Shown here one piece after another: positions 1-12,972 of a stretch of DNA of 64,000 nucleotides. Origin of the DNA: the human T2T-CHM13v2.0 reference genome, Homo sapiens; assembly GCF_009914755.1 (NCBI RefSeq), contig NC_060939.1; one strand, given 5' to 3'. Below the pieces are notes generated by a model. It ran no database searches, had not been told where the DNA came from, and worked only from the letters and a program-made list of their open reading frames with translations. Position numbers and translations under genes: made by a program. The first letter of the stretch is position 1, and each line of letters begins with the position of its first letter.

Positions 1-726
1 TTTACTGGACAGCTACAGACCAGGCTCTCATTCTCAAGCTTCTCAGAGACTCAGGGAGTGATGGAGCTGGAAAAGGAGCCCATCTCATCTCACTTTCAGT
101 TTCTGGAAAATTTAGGGGCTACAAGTAGCCCTAACAATGGCAGGGAGGGCAAGAGGAAGAAAGGCTTATGCAAGGGTAGATATTCATTCCGTGATCTTCC
201 ACCATCTAGGAACTGCAAAACCCAACTTCTATTACTTTATTTAAAACCCTTCTCTACTACCTGCTAGAAGTGCCGTGTGGAATATATTGAATTTTAAAAC
301 TAACATTAATTTAAATTAATTTTTTTCTGCAGCTTTTATGACTTACTTTGAGATAATCGTTGTCCCTCTGAGTAAAGAATATAGTTCATTGCAGTCTGAA
401 TAAGCTTAACAAATAGTTCTCAGAGATAATGGAACTAGAACTGGCAAAAGTCTTATTCAGCCAGAAAAGGACAGGTCTCTGCTGGCCTCCCTTTCTCCCC
501 CACCACAACAGAGCAGTACACCATCCTGTCCCTGGCTGTGTCTCCTCCACCTTCTTCTGCTTCCCACCTGCCTGCCTGATTGGTATGCACAGCCACATTA
601 CACTCTGCAGAAACTGATGCTTCCATACAAGCAAAGCCTGAGTGAGCATATGTGAGTCACGTATTGATTCTGTAAGTAACACCAGCATTATAAGAGAATG
701 TCTTCTAATAAACATTGCTGTCAGAC

Positions 727-1240
727 TATGGTGGGTTTAAAATACGGCCAGAAATTCTTTGAGGTTCCTCCCTTCCAAAGGAAGAGCCTAATCCCCTCCC
801 ACTGAGTGTGGGCTAGACTCAGTGACTCACTTTTAATGAAAAGAGTATGACAGCAGTGCAAGGTGGGACTCCTGAGGTTAGGTCATAAAAGACACTGTGG
901 CTTCCTCTTTGCAGATTGCTTGCTCTGGGGAAAGCCGGCTGCCATGTTGTGAGGACGCTCAAACAACCCCATGGAGAGGCATATGTGGAGCGATTCTAAG
1001 GTCTCCTACCAACAGTCATGTGAAGTGCACCATCTTGGAAGCAGATTCCCTTGACCCAGTCAAGCCCTCAGGTGACTGCAGCCATGCAACATTTTGTCTG
1101 CAACCTCAGAAAAGACCCTGAGCCAGAACAATTGGGCTAATCTACTCCTCAATTCCTGACACACAGAAACTGAGAAATAATACATGTTTGTTGTTTTAAG
1201 CCACAGAGTTTGGGAGTCATTTGTCACACAGAGTTAAATT
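727..1240 (+). mobile_element. MaLR solo LTR (MLT1F-like)
   Basis: Resembles MLT1 motifs (gagtgtgggctagactcagtgactcac; gaaataatacatgtttgttgttttaagccac). Confidence 0.7.
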
Positions 1241-1305
1241 ACTATATAGACTATCCAGAGACTTACCAGAAAACAAAAACTCAAAGCAAAAAGCTCAGCA
1301 CTTAC

Positions 1306-1365
1306 CCGAGCATCTTGGTCAATCAGTTCATAATCAATGACAGAGCCATCCTCTGCTCTTCTACC
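1306..1365 (-). CDS. ANXA2: ANXA2 exon 8 (GRRAEDGSVIDYELIDQDAR), 60 nt
   Basis: catAG|GGT ... CGG|GTAAGT. Not in the ORF track; translated by hand. Confidence 0.97.
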
Positions 1366-1511
1366 CTATGGGGGAAAGAAAAAGAACTTCAAATACATTT
1401 CTTTGTGTATTTTAAAACTGAAAATGTTTTCTCCCCAGTCCATGTACGCCATTATTTAATTTCCTAAATAAGTAACCACGTAAGATTTTTCTTACTTTGA
1501 AACATAGATGG

Positions 1512-1816
1512 GGCCGGGCACGGTGGCTCACGCCTGTAATCCTAGGACTTTGGGAAGCCAAGGCGGGCAGATCACGAGGTCAGGAGATGGAGACCAACCT
1601 GGCTAACAAGGTGAAACCCTGTCTCTACTAAATTAGCCAGGCGTGGTGGCACATGCCTGTAGTCCCAGCTACTCGGGAGGCTGAGGCAGGAGAATCGCTT
1701 GAACCAGGTTGCTGTGATCTGAGATCACGCCACTGCACTCCAACCCTGGTGACAGAGTGAGACTCTGTCTCAAAAAAAAAAAAAAAAAGAAAGAAAGAAA
1801 AGAAAAAGAAAAAGAA
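1512..1816 (+). mobile_element. Alu (S/Y type, small internal deletions)
   Basis: GGCCGGGCACGGTGGCTCAC head and A-rich tail. Confidence 0.9.
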
Positions 1817-3069
1817 ACCTAGACCAGCCAAGGAGTGGTAAAATCATTGAGCAAGGAAGTGGGGGCTGTGCCTTGCCATCAACAATCCCCCCCTTGATAC
1901 CCAGTCCTGGCCTACACACCTTACAGAATCCCTGTCCCCATCCCCCACAAAAAGCTGATGAGATTTAGCTCTTTCTCACAGAGAGCTTGCAATGCAGATG
2001 GAGGAATATGTGGAAACAAATGTAAAGCAGCCCGGGAACCCACAGCACTAGAAAGACACAAAATGCGGGCGGAGGAAGAACTCTCAGAGGGCAGAGTCAG
2101 CAAAGAGTGTGAACGATGGGCCTGGGCTTAAGCTGAAACTTCAAGGGTCAGTCAGATGCAGCTAGCCAAGCAGAGCGGGAGAGCCAGCTGGCACACAAGG
2201 GATGGCACAGCACGCTCTCAGGTAAGTAAGGAGCTGCCCTGTCAGAGCAGAGCTGAGCGGGAAAGATGAGCAAAGAAGATGCAGGGAGGGTTTAGAGGAC
2301 CTTTCACAGCAGTTAGGAGTTTAAATTTGATGCAGCAGAAATGGGGTTTGAACAGAGGAGTAAAATGGTGAAAGTGTATTTCACAGAGATCCGTGGATGG
2401 TGGTACATGGGGCAGGTGGTAGCGAAGAGAGGAGAGCGAGGGAGAATGGCATAGGAGTTGTTGCAGTAATGGAGATGTGAGTGGGCCGGACGCACTATCT
2501 GTCATTTGTCATCAGGGTTCCCAGGGTCTCTCGTCCCTCCCCTGGCACATAAGTATTAAGCTACACGCTGGCCAGAACTAGGGATTCACAGGGGAAATGC
2601 CCCTTCCTCCATGTTAATGTGTTAATATTAGCAATCAGCTCCACAAAGACAACTCCACCCCAGACAAAGGACTATATGGGCAAATTCTTCCATGAGAAGT
2701 AAACGCAGTGAAAAAGAAACCAGAAGGTCACTTCCCACTGGGTCCTGCATGACCACAGATAGAGGCAAAGTGACCTTCCCTAAGTCACACGGCCAAGGCT
2801 CTGGCACATAAATCCAGGCCAGGACTTGAGAGCCGCCCATCCCTTCTCTGGCTCCCAAAGTCCACTTGTCCATGAGGTTTTGCAGGATAAGAAATCCTAT
2901 TATACAAAATTGACAACTCTGCAGTGACAGTGCAAACCCACTTTCAAAAATGCAGCTGAATTTCTGATGCAGGCACAGGGGATTTAGTTAATTCACTCCA
3001 AGTATAAAATGAGGTATGTGACTTGCCTTGGGAGGAAGCAAGGGCAAAGAAAGAAACTGGGAAACCAAC

Positions 3070-3149
3070 CTTTGCCAGGGCAACCATCAGCTTGCGGAAG
3101 TCACCAGATGTGTCCGAAATAATGTCCTTCTCCAGATCAGTCTTGTACA
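3070..3149 (-). CDS. ANXA2: ANXA2 exon 7 ([26 protein letters not shown]), 80 nt
   Basis: ccaAG|TG ... AAG|GTTGGT; lies inside ORF 2944..3219. Confidence 0.98.
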
Positions 3150-3607
3150 CTTGGAGGAAAATACATCTGGTTTTATGCTTTCTGCCTGTGTAGCCAACCA
3201 TCCACCCCAATCTCCCCATTTCCCACTAAGACTCTGAGAAGCAGAACAGCTACGTCAGCTGGACATATCCATTCTCCTTAACCCCAAACAGAGGAAGGAT
3301 TCACTAGAATGATTTTCGCCCTCATGAAATCAGAGCCAGAGTTATTATCCATAACAGGGGGCAGCAGGGCTAGATCAAATCAGGGATCCTCAGGCTCACC
3401 GTTGATTGGTGACCTCTCGTGTAGTTTAAATACTGGCTCCCAGCCCTCCTGACTGTGAGTACTTGTTCTGAACATCAAAAAAATTGGAGGTCTACACACG
3501 CACACACACACACACAATTGTGCTTTACTGTCCACTGAGAAAATGCACAGCGGCAAAAACTACTAAGAATTAAACAATGCTTTTGAATGAAAGTATATTT
3601 CAATATT

Positions 3608-3800
3608 CAAAATAGCATCTATATTGAAATACAGTAGCTAGAGAAGAACTGTAATGTTCCTGATACAAAAAAAAAGATAAATGTGTGAGGTGATGGATAT
3701 CTCAATTACCCTGACTTGATAATTACATATTATATATAATACATGTACCAAAATATCACATGTACCCCCAAAATATGTAAAACTATGATAATAACTTTAA
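3608..3800 (+). mobile_element. L1MA-type 3' end fragment
   Basis: gataaatgtgtgaggtgatggatat...atcacatgtaccccc motif typical of L1MA 3' UTRs. Confidence 0.7.
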
Positions 3801-4291
3801 AAAGTAAAACAAAAAAGAAATGCAGTAGCGATGTAAGTTGCATTGTTTATTCCCCTCATAGCCTTCTATACTGCTAAGTGTGCACCAGTCCACAGGGGTC
3901 TCTTGCTGTAATTCTTCAATTATCCACAGTCCAGAGTTGGCAACCTCTTGAGCAGACACTGAACAGCGCCCAATAAGTGGAATCCATATATAATACTTGC
4001 TACTTCTCCTCATCCGATCTTGTTTAAAAACAAGTTTTGTTTTCTCTCCTTTCCCTCCTGTCTACCCTTCTTCTAACACAGAAGTTCTAGTGGAATGTAA
4101 TAATCAAAATGCAGGCAATGAGGAGGTGAAGGAGAGAAACTTGGACCACAGCCAACCTTGCCTGCATAGTCAAGGTGGCAGGCACTTCTGCACATCACTA
4201 ATGCAGGCATCTTAGCCCGAACCCTAACCCCAGTGGCCATGATAGAGTCACATAAATTGGGCTGAGAGGATGAATCACAGAAATCAAGCTA

Positions 4292-4435
<144 letters not shown>

Positions 4436-4662
4436 TTAGCCTACTTCTCTGATCTCCATCAAGTAAATTGCAAACATGGATTGGGTCTGTTAGCATCCTG
4501 CTTTCTACATTCCTTCTGAAGAATCTATACTCCTACCCCTTAGCACAAAGTAATGGCATTTTCTATTCCTTTAAAAAATGCTTCACCAGAGCACAAGATG
4601 GTGGAACTGGCATGTTGGAGTTCAACTGTTAATATGGTTTTTTTTTTAAAGTAGTGAATAGG

Positions 4663-5048
<386 letters not shown>

Positions 5049-7109
5049 TTATTATTATTTTTCACTTTCTACAATAACCACTCACTATTTTAACAGATTA
5101 GAAATTTCTTTGTTAAACAATTCTCGCTAAAATAAAGGAATACAGAAATTTTATGTTGTCACTTGCAGCCAGCATTGTTAGAGTAAGTCTTTTTACCAGG
5201 CAAAGGTATAGTTAAGAAAAAATTTTTAGCTGCACTCTTTGAAATGTAAAATTGGGTTAATGTTAAAAATTTCATTCTTGTCCTTCCATTTTTGCTTGAT
5301 AATTATGCACTCTTCAGGCACTTTAGGGAAGCAAAAAGAAATAATGAAGTGCCAAATAAACCTAGACACCAACACTTTATTAAGGAATAAGAATTTGATG
5401 GGTGATGTATTCAAATTTAATATATACACTTTTGAGCATGTCAGATAGCTTGAAAGGACTCAATGAAACATGTATTTCAAAGCTGGCTTCATGATCAAAG
5501 TCAAGATTTAATAATCAGGATTCTTTAATACTTGTCTTTCCGAATATGGAACTATCACTTTGAACTAAGTAGAATTACAACTGTTTAAAATGTAAATCAA
5601 TTATAAGGTGTTAATACAATAAGAAACTTACCCACATGAAAAGCGTGTCAGCTATTAATTAAACTTATTAGCGTTTATATGCCCCGAAAAAGTAGTTTGT
5701 ATAATATAAGCTAAGCCTCAGGTTAATGGTTAATTTTGAATTTTATTCTTCATCTAACCTTTGAGCCAATGGCTCTTCTTTCTGAGTTTTTAATCATGAT
5801 TTGTAGAGGTTCCAGCAAAGCCAAAAATTCTCCCCTTGTTAGCAAAAGGTCCATACAGCATTCTACACAAATGTTATTAAATGACTACCGAGTATCTTTG
5901 AATATTTTGAGAGGCAGTTGTTCAATCTCAAGGATGATAGAAATATAGTCTAAAAATAACACACAGTGGGAGAAATGTTATATCCTGACATTGTAGAATT
6001 GCAAGACAGGCAGAATAATGTAAGATGTGTTTCCTTCCATCACTGATATACCAGTGGTAATATCTGAGAATTCCAATAGTGTTTTTATGTCTACATTCAA
6101 AGGTGACCTTGGCAATTTCCAAAGCCCGGCCCAAACTCTCCACAGACTGTCCACAATTCCTATCACAAGGGCAAATTCTACTGTAACATATGGCAGATAC
6201 TGCCACCGGTACTGCCAGAAGTCAAAACAGATTTTTTTTTAAGCATAGTTCAGTTAATGTCACTTCAAGCTTTATGGATTTTGGACGGGTATTCAACTGT
6301 GATAGCTAATGGAAGAGCTGGCACAGGGTCAAAGCTTCAGCAGTTAAAGCACCTTCCATTGGGCCCAATTACATAGATTACAACAGTGACTGACAGCTCA
6401 AAAAGGTCTGTTTCAAGTCCCTAATACCTAGTAATAGATACCAGTAAAGCCACTCGAATCACAACTAAATAGATTCTTGATGAAAATAAGACAAACTGAT
6501 CTGAAGTGTTGATGGTCAGAAGAAACCTAGGAGAGGCTGACTCATCCCTGCCTCCAAAGGTCCACAGACTCGGTTTTCAGGAGCGCTATTTTTATCAACC
6601 AGGATCATGAAATGTTGTCGACATTTTATCATTCTTAATGACGTCTTTTCTGCAGTACAGTCTACTTAGGAAACTCAGACAAGTCCGCTAAAATAAACTG
6701 AGCACAGCTTGGGCTAAGCTGAAGAACTAAAGGAAGAAAGAGACTTAACAACAAATCTTACAGCAGCCCTGAGCTATCAAATTCCAGGCTTTGGAGATGC
6801 CCAGTGTCCGAAGCACCCTCACTCTTGTGTTCTCTGGGAAAAGGATGACAACTGAACTGTGACATTAGCTCTGGTGACAGGCTTACAGCTCAGACTGTTC
6901 ATAATTCAGGAACAGTGGCATCAGAGAAAACAGACTCGGAATAAAAAATCAAGACCAATGGTTTCCCTCATCTACAGCGCAGACTTTACCCATGTATATC
7001 AGCAGAGGGCAGTGTCGGACTGTTCAAATGCTGCAGACCCACACTAAGAAAAGGGTCCAAATGTGTTGCAGTACAACATACATTAATGTGTGTGCATCTA
7101 TTGCATTTA

Positions 7110-7489
<380 letters not shown>

Positions 7490-8043
7490 TTAATTTAACC
7501 TAAAATTCCAGGTTCAAAAGAACTTTACAAAAGAAAAACATAAAAGATAACGTGCATTGAGACTTCACAGTTACTTTCTCACAGGTACGATTCAGGTACG
7601 ATTCTTCATCCAGAATTACCCCTTATATGCACTATGATGTTCTGATTCTGCCTGAATTTGAAACAAATGGTACTGACAGAGAGAGTATGGGAGGAAGAAA
7701 CACCCACGAAAGGATGGGCAGAATTTGCAAGCTTCACTTAACAAAAGCTATGAGTTTTTTTTTCTTGCCTTAATATCACAACATATCTTTTTAAAGGAGG
7801 AAGTGTAATCAAGGAAGTAGTTTTCCCAAATGGTATTCCAATTGCCCAGGTGCTGAGTAGTAGCAGCTGGTAACTGACTTCTCAGCATCATGAAATTTCT
7901 TTACAGTCTTAAAACAAGTAATTGAAATATTTTTGGTACAAATCCTGAGACATATAACTTCAGTTCATTTTTAAAAAATGGTTCCAAATGAGAATTCAAC
8001 AAAACTGAAAATCACCAAATTACACTCAGAAAGCTGTAATTCA

Positions 8044-8223
<180 letters not shown>

Positions 8224-10036
8224 TCATAAGGAAAATATTTATTTTACTTTAAAACTAGTGAGTAAAACAAAAGTAAGAGGGATCTTTTTGTGAAGCAGGT
8301 TGTGAGTCTTTGACCACTCCGGAGTCTTGGGTCAAACGCCCTCAACTGCATTCCCTTCAACAGACCCACATCTCAGAAACATAAACATCAGGCTTTGCTT
8401 CAACGAAATTCCTTAAAATCCAAGTTAATTTTGCCGTCTTCCCCGGTCAATAAAAGGAAACTGGAGTCGTATGTGATTCCTAAGAAAGCTGTGAGAGTGC
8501 AGGCACTTTGCAATATGCTTGAAAGCAGTAACACTCCGTGGAAGGCAGGACGCTTTCGGAGATCAAGGCCCCTGCTAAGAAGGAGATGTTTGAGCAGACA
8601 GCCTCCTGGCAAGCAGATCTTGTGGCCTCCCGATATACTGTAAAAGACGTGGGGGCAGCCATTCCAGCGGCAGCTCCTCAAAGTCACCAGAAGGAACCAG
8701 AGGCCGCAACACAGTTGGAAGTGAGGTCATGAAACTTTCCTATGCAAAACACTTCATCTAATACTGAGAAAATATCTCCTTGTCCACACCAAACTCGGAC
8801 GGTGTTTAATGGAAGTGATAGGAAACTAACACCCCCGAACTGGCCCCCTTGAATTCCCTGCTGCATGTAATTTCTTAAGGGTTGGATCCACTGTCACCAT
8901 GAACACAAAAATTTGTCAGAGGTCTGGTCAGCACCCATGTATGTAGACAGACACCCCAACTCAATGTGTCTTTTAGCGATGCTTCCTCGAGCTAAACTTC
9001 CTACAAATCATGGCTGATGACTGAAGCCTCCTACTGAAATAATGTTCTTCTTTTCGCTTTTTTTTTTTTCTTCTCTCTCTTCTTTCTTTCCTTGCTTTCT
9101 AAGAGCACCTGTGGCATCTACAAAGCTTAGCCCCTACAGGTACTTGCAGGCTACGAGAGGTGATTTGCAGCATGCTTCAGAGACAACCATGCTGAATCAT
9201 TCGTAGATGTCAAAAGTGTTAGAACTGACATGGATCTTAGAAGCCACCTGGCTTTCACCACCCATTTTCTCCTGCTTCCCAATGTCCCGGGAACACACGG
9301 CACTTAGGAGGGGACTGTAAAAGCAGTAGCTCCCAATTATAACACCAGTCTCCCAGTTTGGAACTTTGAGGTTAGGTAACTCCAAACTTAGCCTACCCTT
9401 GACACTCCCCTCTACCCATTCTCTATTCAAACCTCAAATAGCATTTGGGCACCTACTGACTTCTTCCACTTCTATTCTAAACTCCTTATGGGCGTTCAAC
9501 TTCCTGTTTCTCACAATGTCCAGCACAGAGCTTTGCATTTAACAAAAACTAAACAAAAACTCCAGAAATGTATGATAAATCAAACATAACCCTTCCCTGT
9601 AAGGAGAAGCCTCGCATCTGGCGTCTGCTAGAACATGAAAGAGTCGTAAAAGCAGCTGTCTCTCCCAGCTCCTCTCCACTCTGCCAGCCGGGCCTAGGTT
9701 CTTCAAGCTCATCACCTGGGCAGCTGCAGCCCGTATCCCTAAAGAACTCTGCAGCACAAATCTTCCTTATTTCACAAATTTTCTTCTTTATTTCACAAAC
9801 AGCCGATTGTTTCACTTGAAACTATCTCAAGTAGTTTACATATCTTTTATAAAAGATACATAATTCTCCTTGGCCTAAGGCTGAGAGTCAAGAATTAGTA
9901 GGATGATGAGCTGTCCCCAGCACACAGCAAAGCCTGTGAGATCTTGGGACCTCATCATAATTCTGGTAATATCTTCCCTCCTAGAGGGTATGTGGGAGCT
10001 TTGTTCTACATATATCTAATCTAAAACCAAGATCTA

Positions 10037-10180
10037 GGTTTTGGGTGTGGTGGCTTATGACTGTAATCCCAGCAGTTTGGGAGGCTGAGATGAATCATTT
10101 GAGTCCACATGGCAGAAGTTGCAGTAAGCCGAATCACACCACTGCAATCAAGCCTGGGTGACAGAGCAAGACCCTGTCAC

Positions 10181-10209
<29 letters not shown>
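10037..10209 (+). mobile_element. Degenerate, internally deleted old Alu
   Basis: Alu motifs followed by a long poly(A). Confidence 0.75.
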
Positions 10210-10214
<5 letters not shown>

Positions 10215-11244
10215 AGGCTTCTATGTGTGTGTGTACACACCCAAATGTATTCCAAGACCATACTCTGTGACAGCTGAAAGATCAAATTTTTTGCTTGCTA
10301 TCCAGAGATGAGCCTTCTGCTCCACTGGGAACTTGGCTCTACCAGCTCACAGACCCCTTTGGGAAGCTGCAGAAATAAAACACTCCCCTCTATGCCTCAC
10401 TACACAAGATTAATACACTTCTAGTGAAAGAAGAATTTTAATGCACTTGAGATGAAAGAAGCCAGATGCTTTCCTATTTATGTCCTTTCCAACCATTTAG
10501 AGTGCGGGGGATGGAAGTGTAGCAAGGCTTGACCTGCAACTCCCAGGACCCTGCTGGTCATGTCAATCCCAAGGGCAGAAATATCTCTTCTAGAATCCTT
10601 CCAGCTCACCTCCACTGTGGCTACAAGTGAAAGCCATAAGTCAAACGGGAGCTGCAGGAAGCCACACTTACTGCACTGTCCAAGAATAAATCAAAAGCTT
10701 TTAATAGCAAGAAGTTAAAAATAAAGCAGCACGTCCTTAAAAATAAAATTTCCTACAACTGACAAAATAAAGGACGAACACGCACTGGTTGTTTCTTAAC
10801 CACTAGTGGACAAGCAAAGGGAAAAAGCACACAAAGACCCTTTAAATAGTAGGAGCATGGCATGTTGAAGATAGCTTTGCAGACCAAATGAACTAACAAC
10901 TAAGCCCACTCGTTGCAAAAAGCTTAAGAATTCAAGTGTATATTTTTAAAATGAGAGGAGCTTGTTAGGATCAACACTCAGTGGAGGCTAGTATCCTAAA
11001 ATTAAATTAGAAACATCTTATCAAGAACCAGCAGAAGTCATAAAGATGAAATGAGTTGCTACATGTACAAAACTGAGCACAGTGCCTGGCCCAAAGTAAG
11101 CACTCAATAAATGGTGCCTGTTGTTGTTATTGTTGTTGTTCCCTATTCCTAACTTTCTATTCCCAGAAGCTCTCCCTCCAGGTAGCCTGGGTTGGGGGAG
11201 GGTACTGTCCTTACACAGGAGCTCCCAAGCACTCTAAAGCGAGC

Positions 11245-11387
11245 GTGACCATCTGCGCTCTGCCTCCTCTCAGATCAACGGTGGCATGAGATTCTCACAG
11301 AAGCGCGAACCCTACTGTGAACTGCACACGCGAGGGATCTATGTTGTACACTCCTTATGAGAACCTAATGCCTGATGACCTGAGGTG
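11245..11387. mobile_element. MER1-type hAT-Charlie fragment
   Basis: gattctcacagaagcgcgaaccctactgtgaactgcac...ctccttatgagaacctaatgcctgatga resembles the MER1 core. Confidence 0.7.
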
Positions 11388-11543
11388 CACGCGCGCGTGC
11401 ACACACGCACACACACATGTGCAGTGACTCTTACAAGGATTTAAGAAGAAAATCTTAGATATCCAAGGGTCCCACAAGTCTTTTGCGCATGAGAGCCACA
11501 ATTCATGAAAAGAAAAAGCAATGTCTGAGGAAACAAAAATTCA

Positions 11544-11699
<156 letters not shown>

Positions 11700-12972
11700 T
11701 TACTCAGTATACTCTAGTATTTTGGGCTTACATAGAAGGTGTCAAGCAGACTTTTTCAAACTGAAATTTATATACTGTTTTCCAAACTGAAATACCCAGA
11801 CACCAAGATTTGTTCTATCTCTTTCGTCAGCATCCTCTACCCAATGTGTACACTCTCTTTCCTTTTTTCTTGAGAGCCTCAAACCTCAAGCTTAAATGGA
11901 CCTTTTAAATACTTGTGGTTTAAAAACTATTTTATTCATAAATTGGTTTCTGGAATCAACAGTAGGAGGTGCATATGTGGGGCTTTGGCAGTCAGATGGA
12001 ACAACAGAGATTTAGTAGGATTTTAAATGAAGGTCCCCAAATTGCCATTTAACTCGGGATTTAATAGAGAGTAACTGCAAACTGAATTAATAGAGATAAT
12101 TATTTATACTTATTGCAGGATTATGGCTATATAAGCAGCTAGGTATAATTTCTATAATTATAAAAACTGTCATGACAAATGAGTCAGATTTAACACGGCA
12201 GTTGTATTTTTAATAGCATAATTGATTAACACAATCACACTTATTGAAGACAAAATTGTTTTGTAAGGAAAATAAACGTTCCACTGCCTTTAATCTTCAA
12301 TAGGCAATTTTAATAATTAATTTTATAACTTTATTAAAAAGAGTAAGTGTTTTAATCTAAATTAAATCTAAATTGGGAGTTTTGAGGTGCCACCAAAATA
12401 TTTTAGTACCTATTTTAATTGGAACATGTGTATTTACAAAGATAAGCAATGCCTTCTGGTGTCTGCAAGTTTCCAATTTCATATCAGAAATACTCCTAAC
12501 ATGCCATTTAACTTAAGAAAGCACAGTTTGTAAATTCAGAATGTGAAAAGTCTCTCTCCTGACTGATTAATAACTTTGTTTAATGAAAGAAACAGTCTTT
12601 GCCATAACTGGATAGGTAACTCTTGGGTGAGAGAGTAGAGTTGCTAAACCTACAAAGTCACTTGCAAACTACAAATGGCTTGGCCTGAAGAAAATCAGAG
12701 GAGTCCTGAAGAAACAGAAAGGTCAAAACTGTAACGCTTGAGACAAAGACAAACAGCAGATTGACAGAGGAAGTATTTTGAATTCTCAAGTGTGTTAGAT
12801 CAAAAAGTATAAAGTTAGAATTTCTGGGTATAAAAATAAATAACTTTTTAAAATGTATATGCTCATTTCAAAGCAAGTCCATACCAATATGCTTGCTATC
12901 TTAACTGTAGCATCTATAACTTTAGCTCTCATTTTTAGAGTAGCCAAGGTAAACATAGAAATCCAATTGCTG

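Noticed and set aside
7582-7604. 11-bp tandem duplication CAGGTACGATT (also a 19-bp duplication at 26616-26653)
   Set aside because: Ordinary slippage duplications with no evident consequence.
8400-8687. CRWNGC...LLKHLL motif resembling a C2H2 zinc finger (ZNF106-like C-terminus)
   Set aside because: Similarity is weak, ligand spacing is wrong, and similarly weak resemblances appear on the other strand; not supportable without a search.
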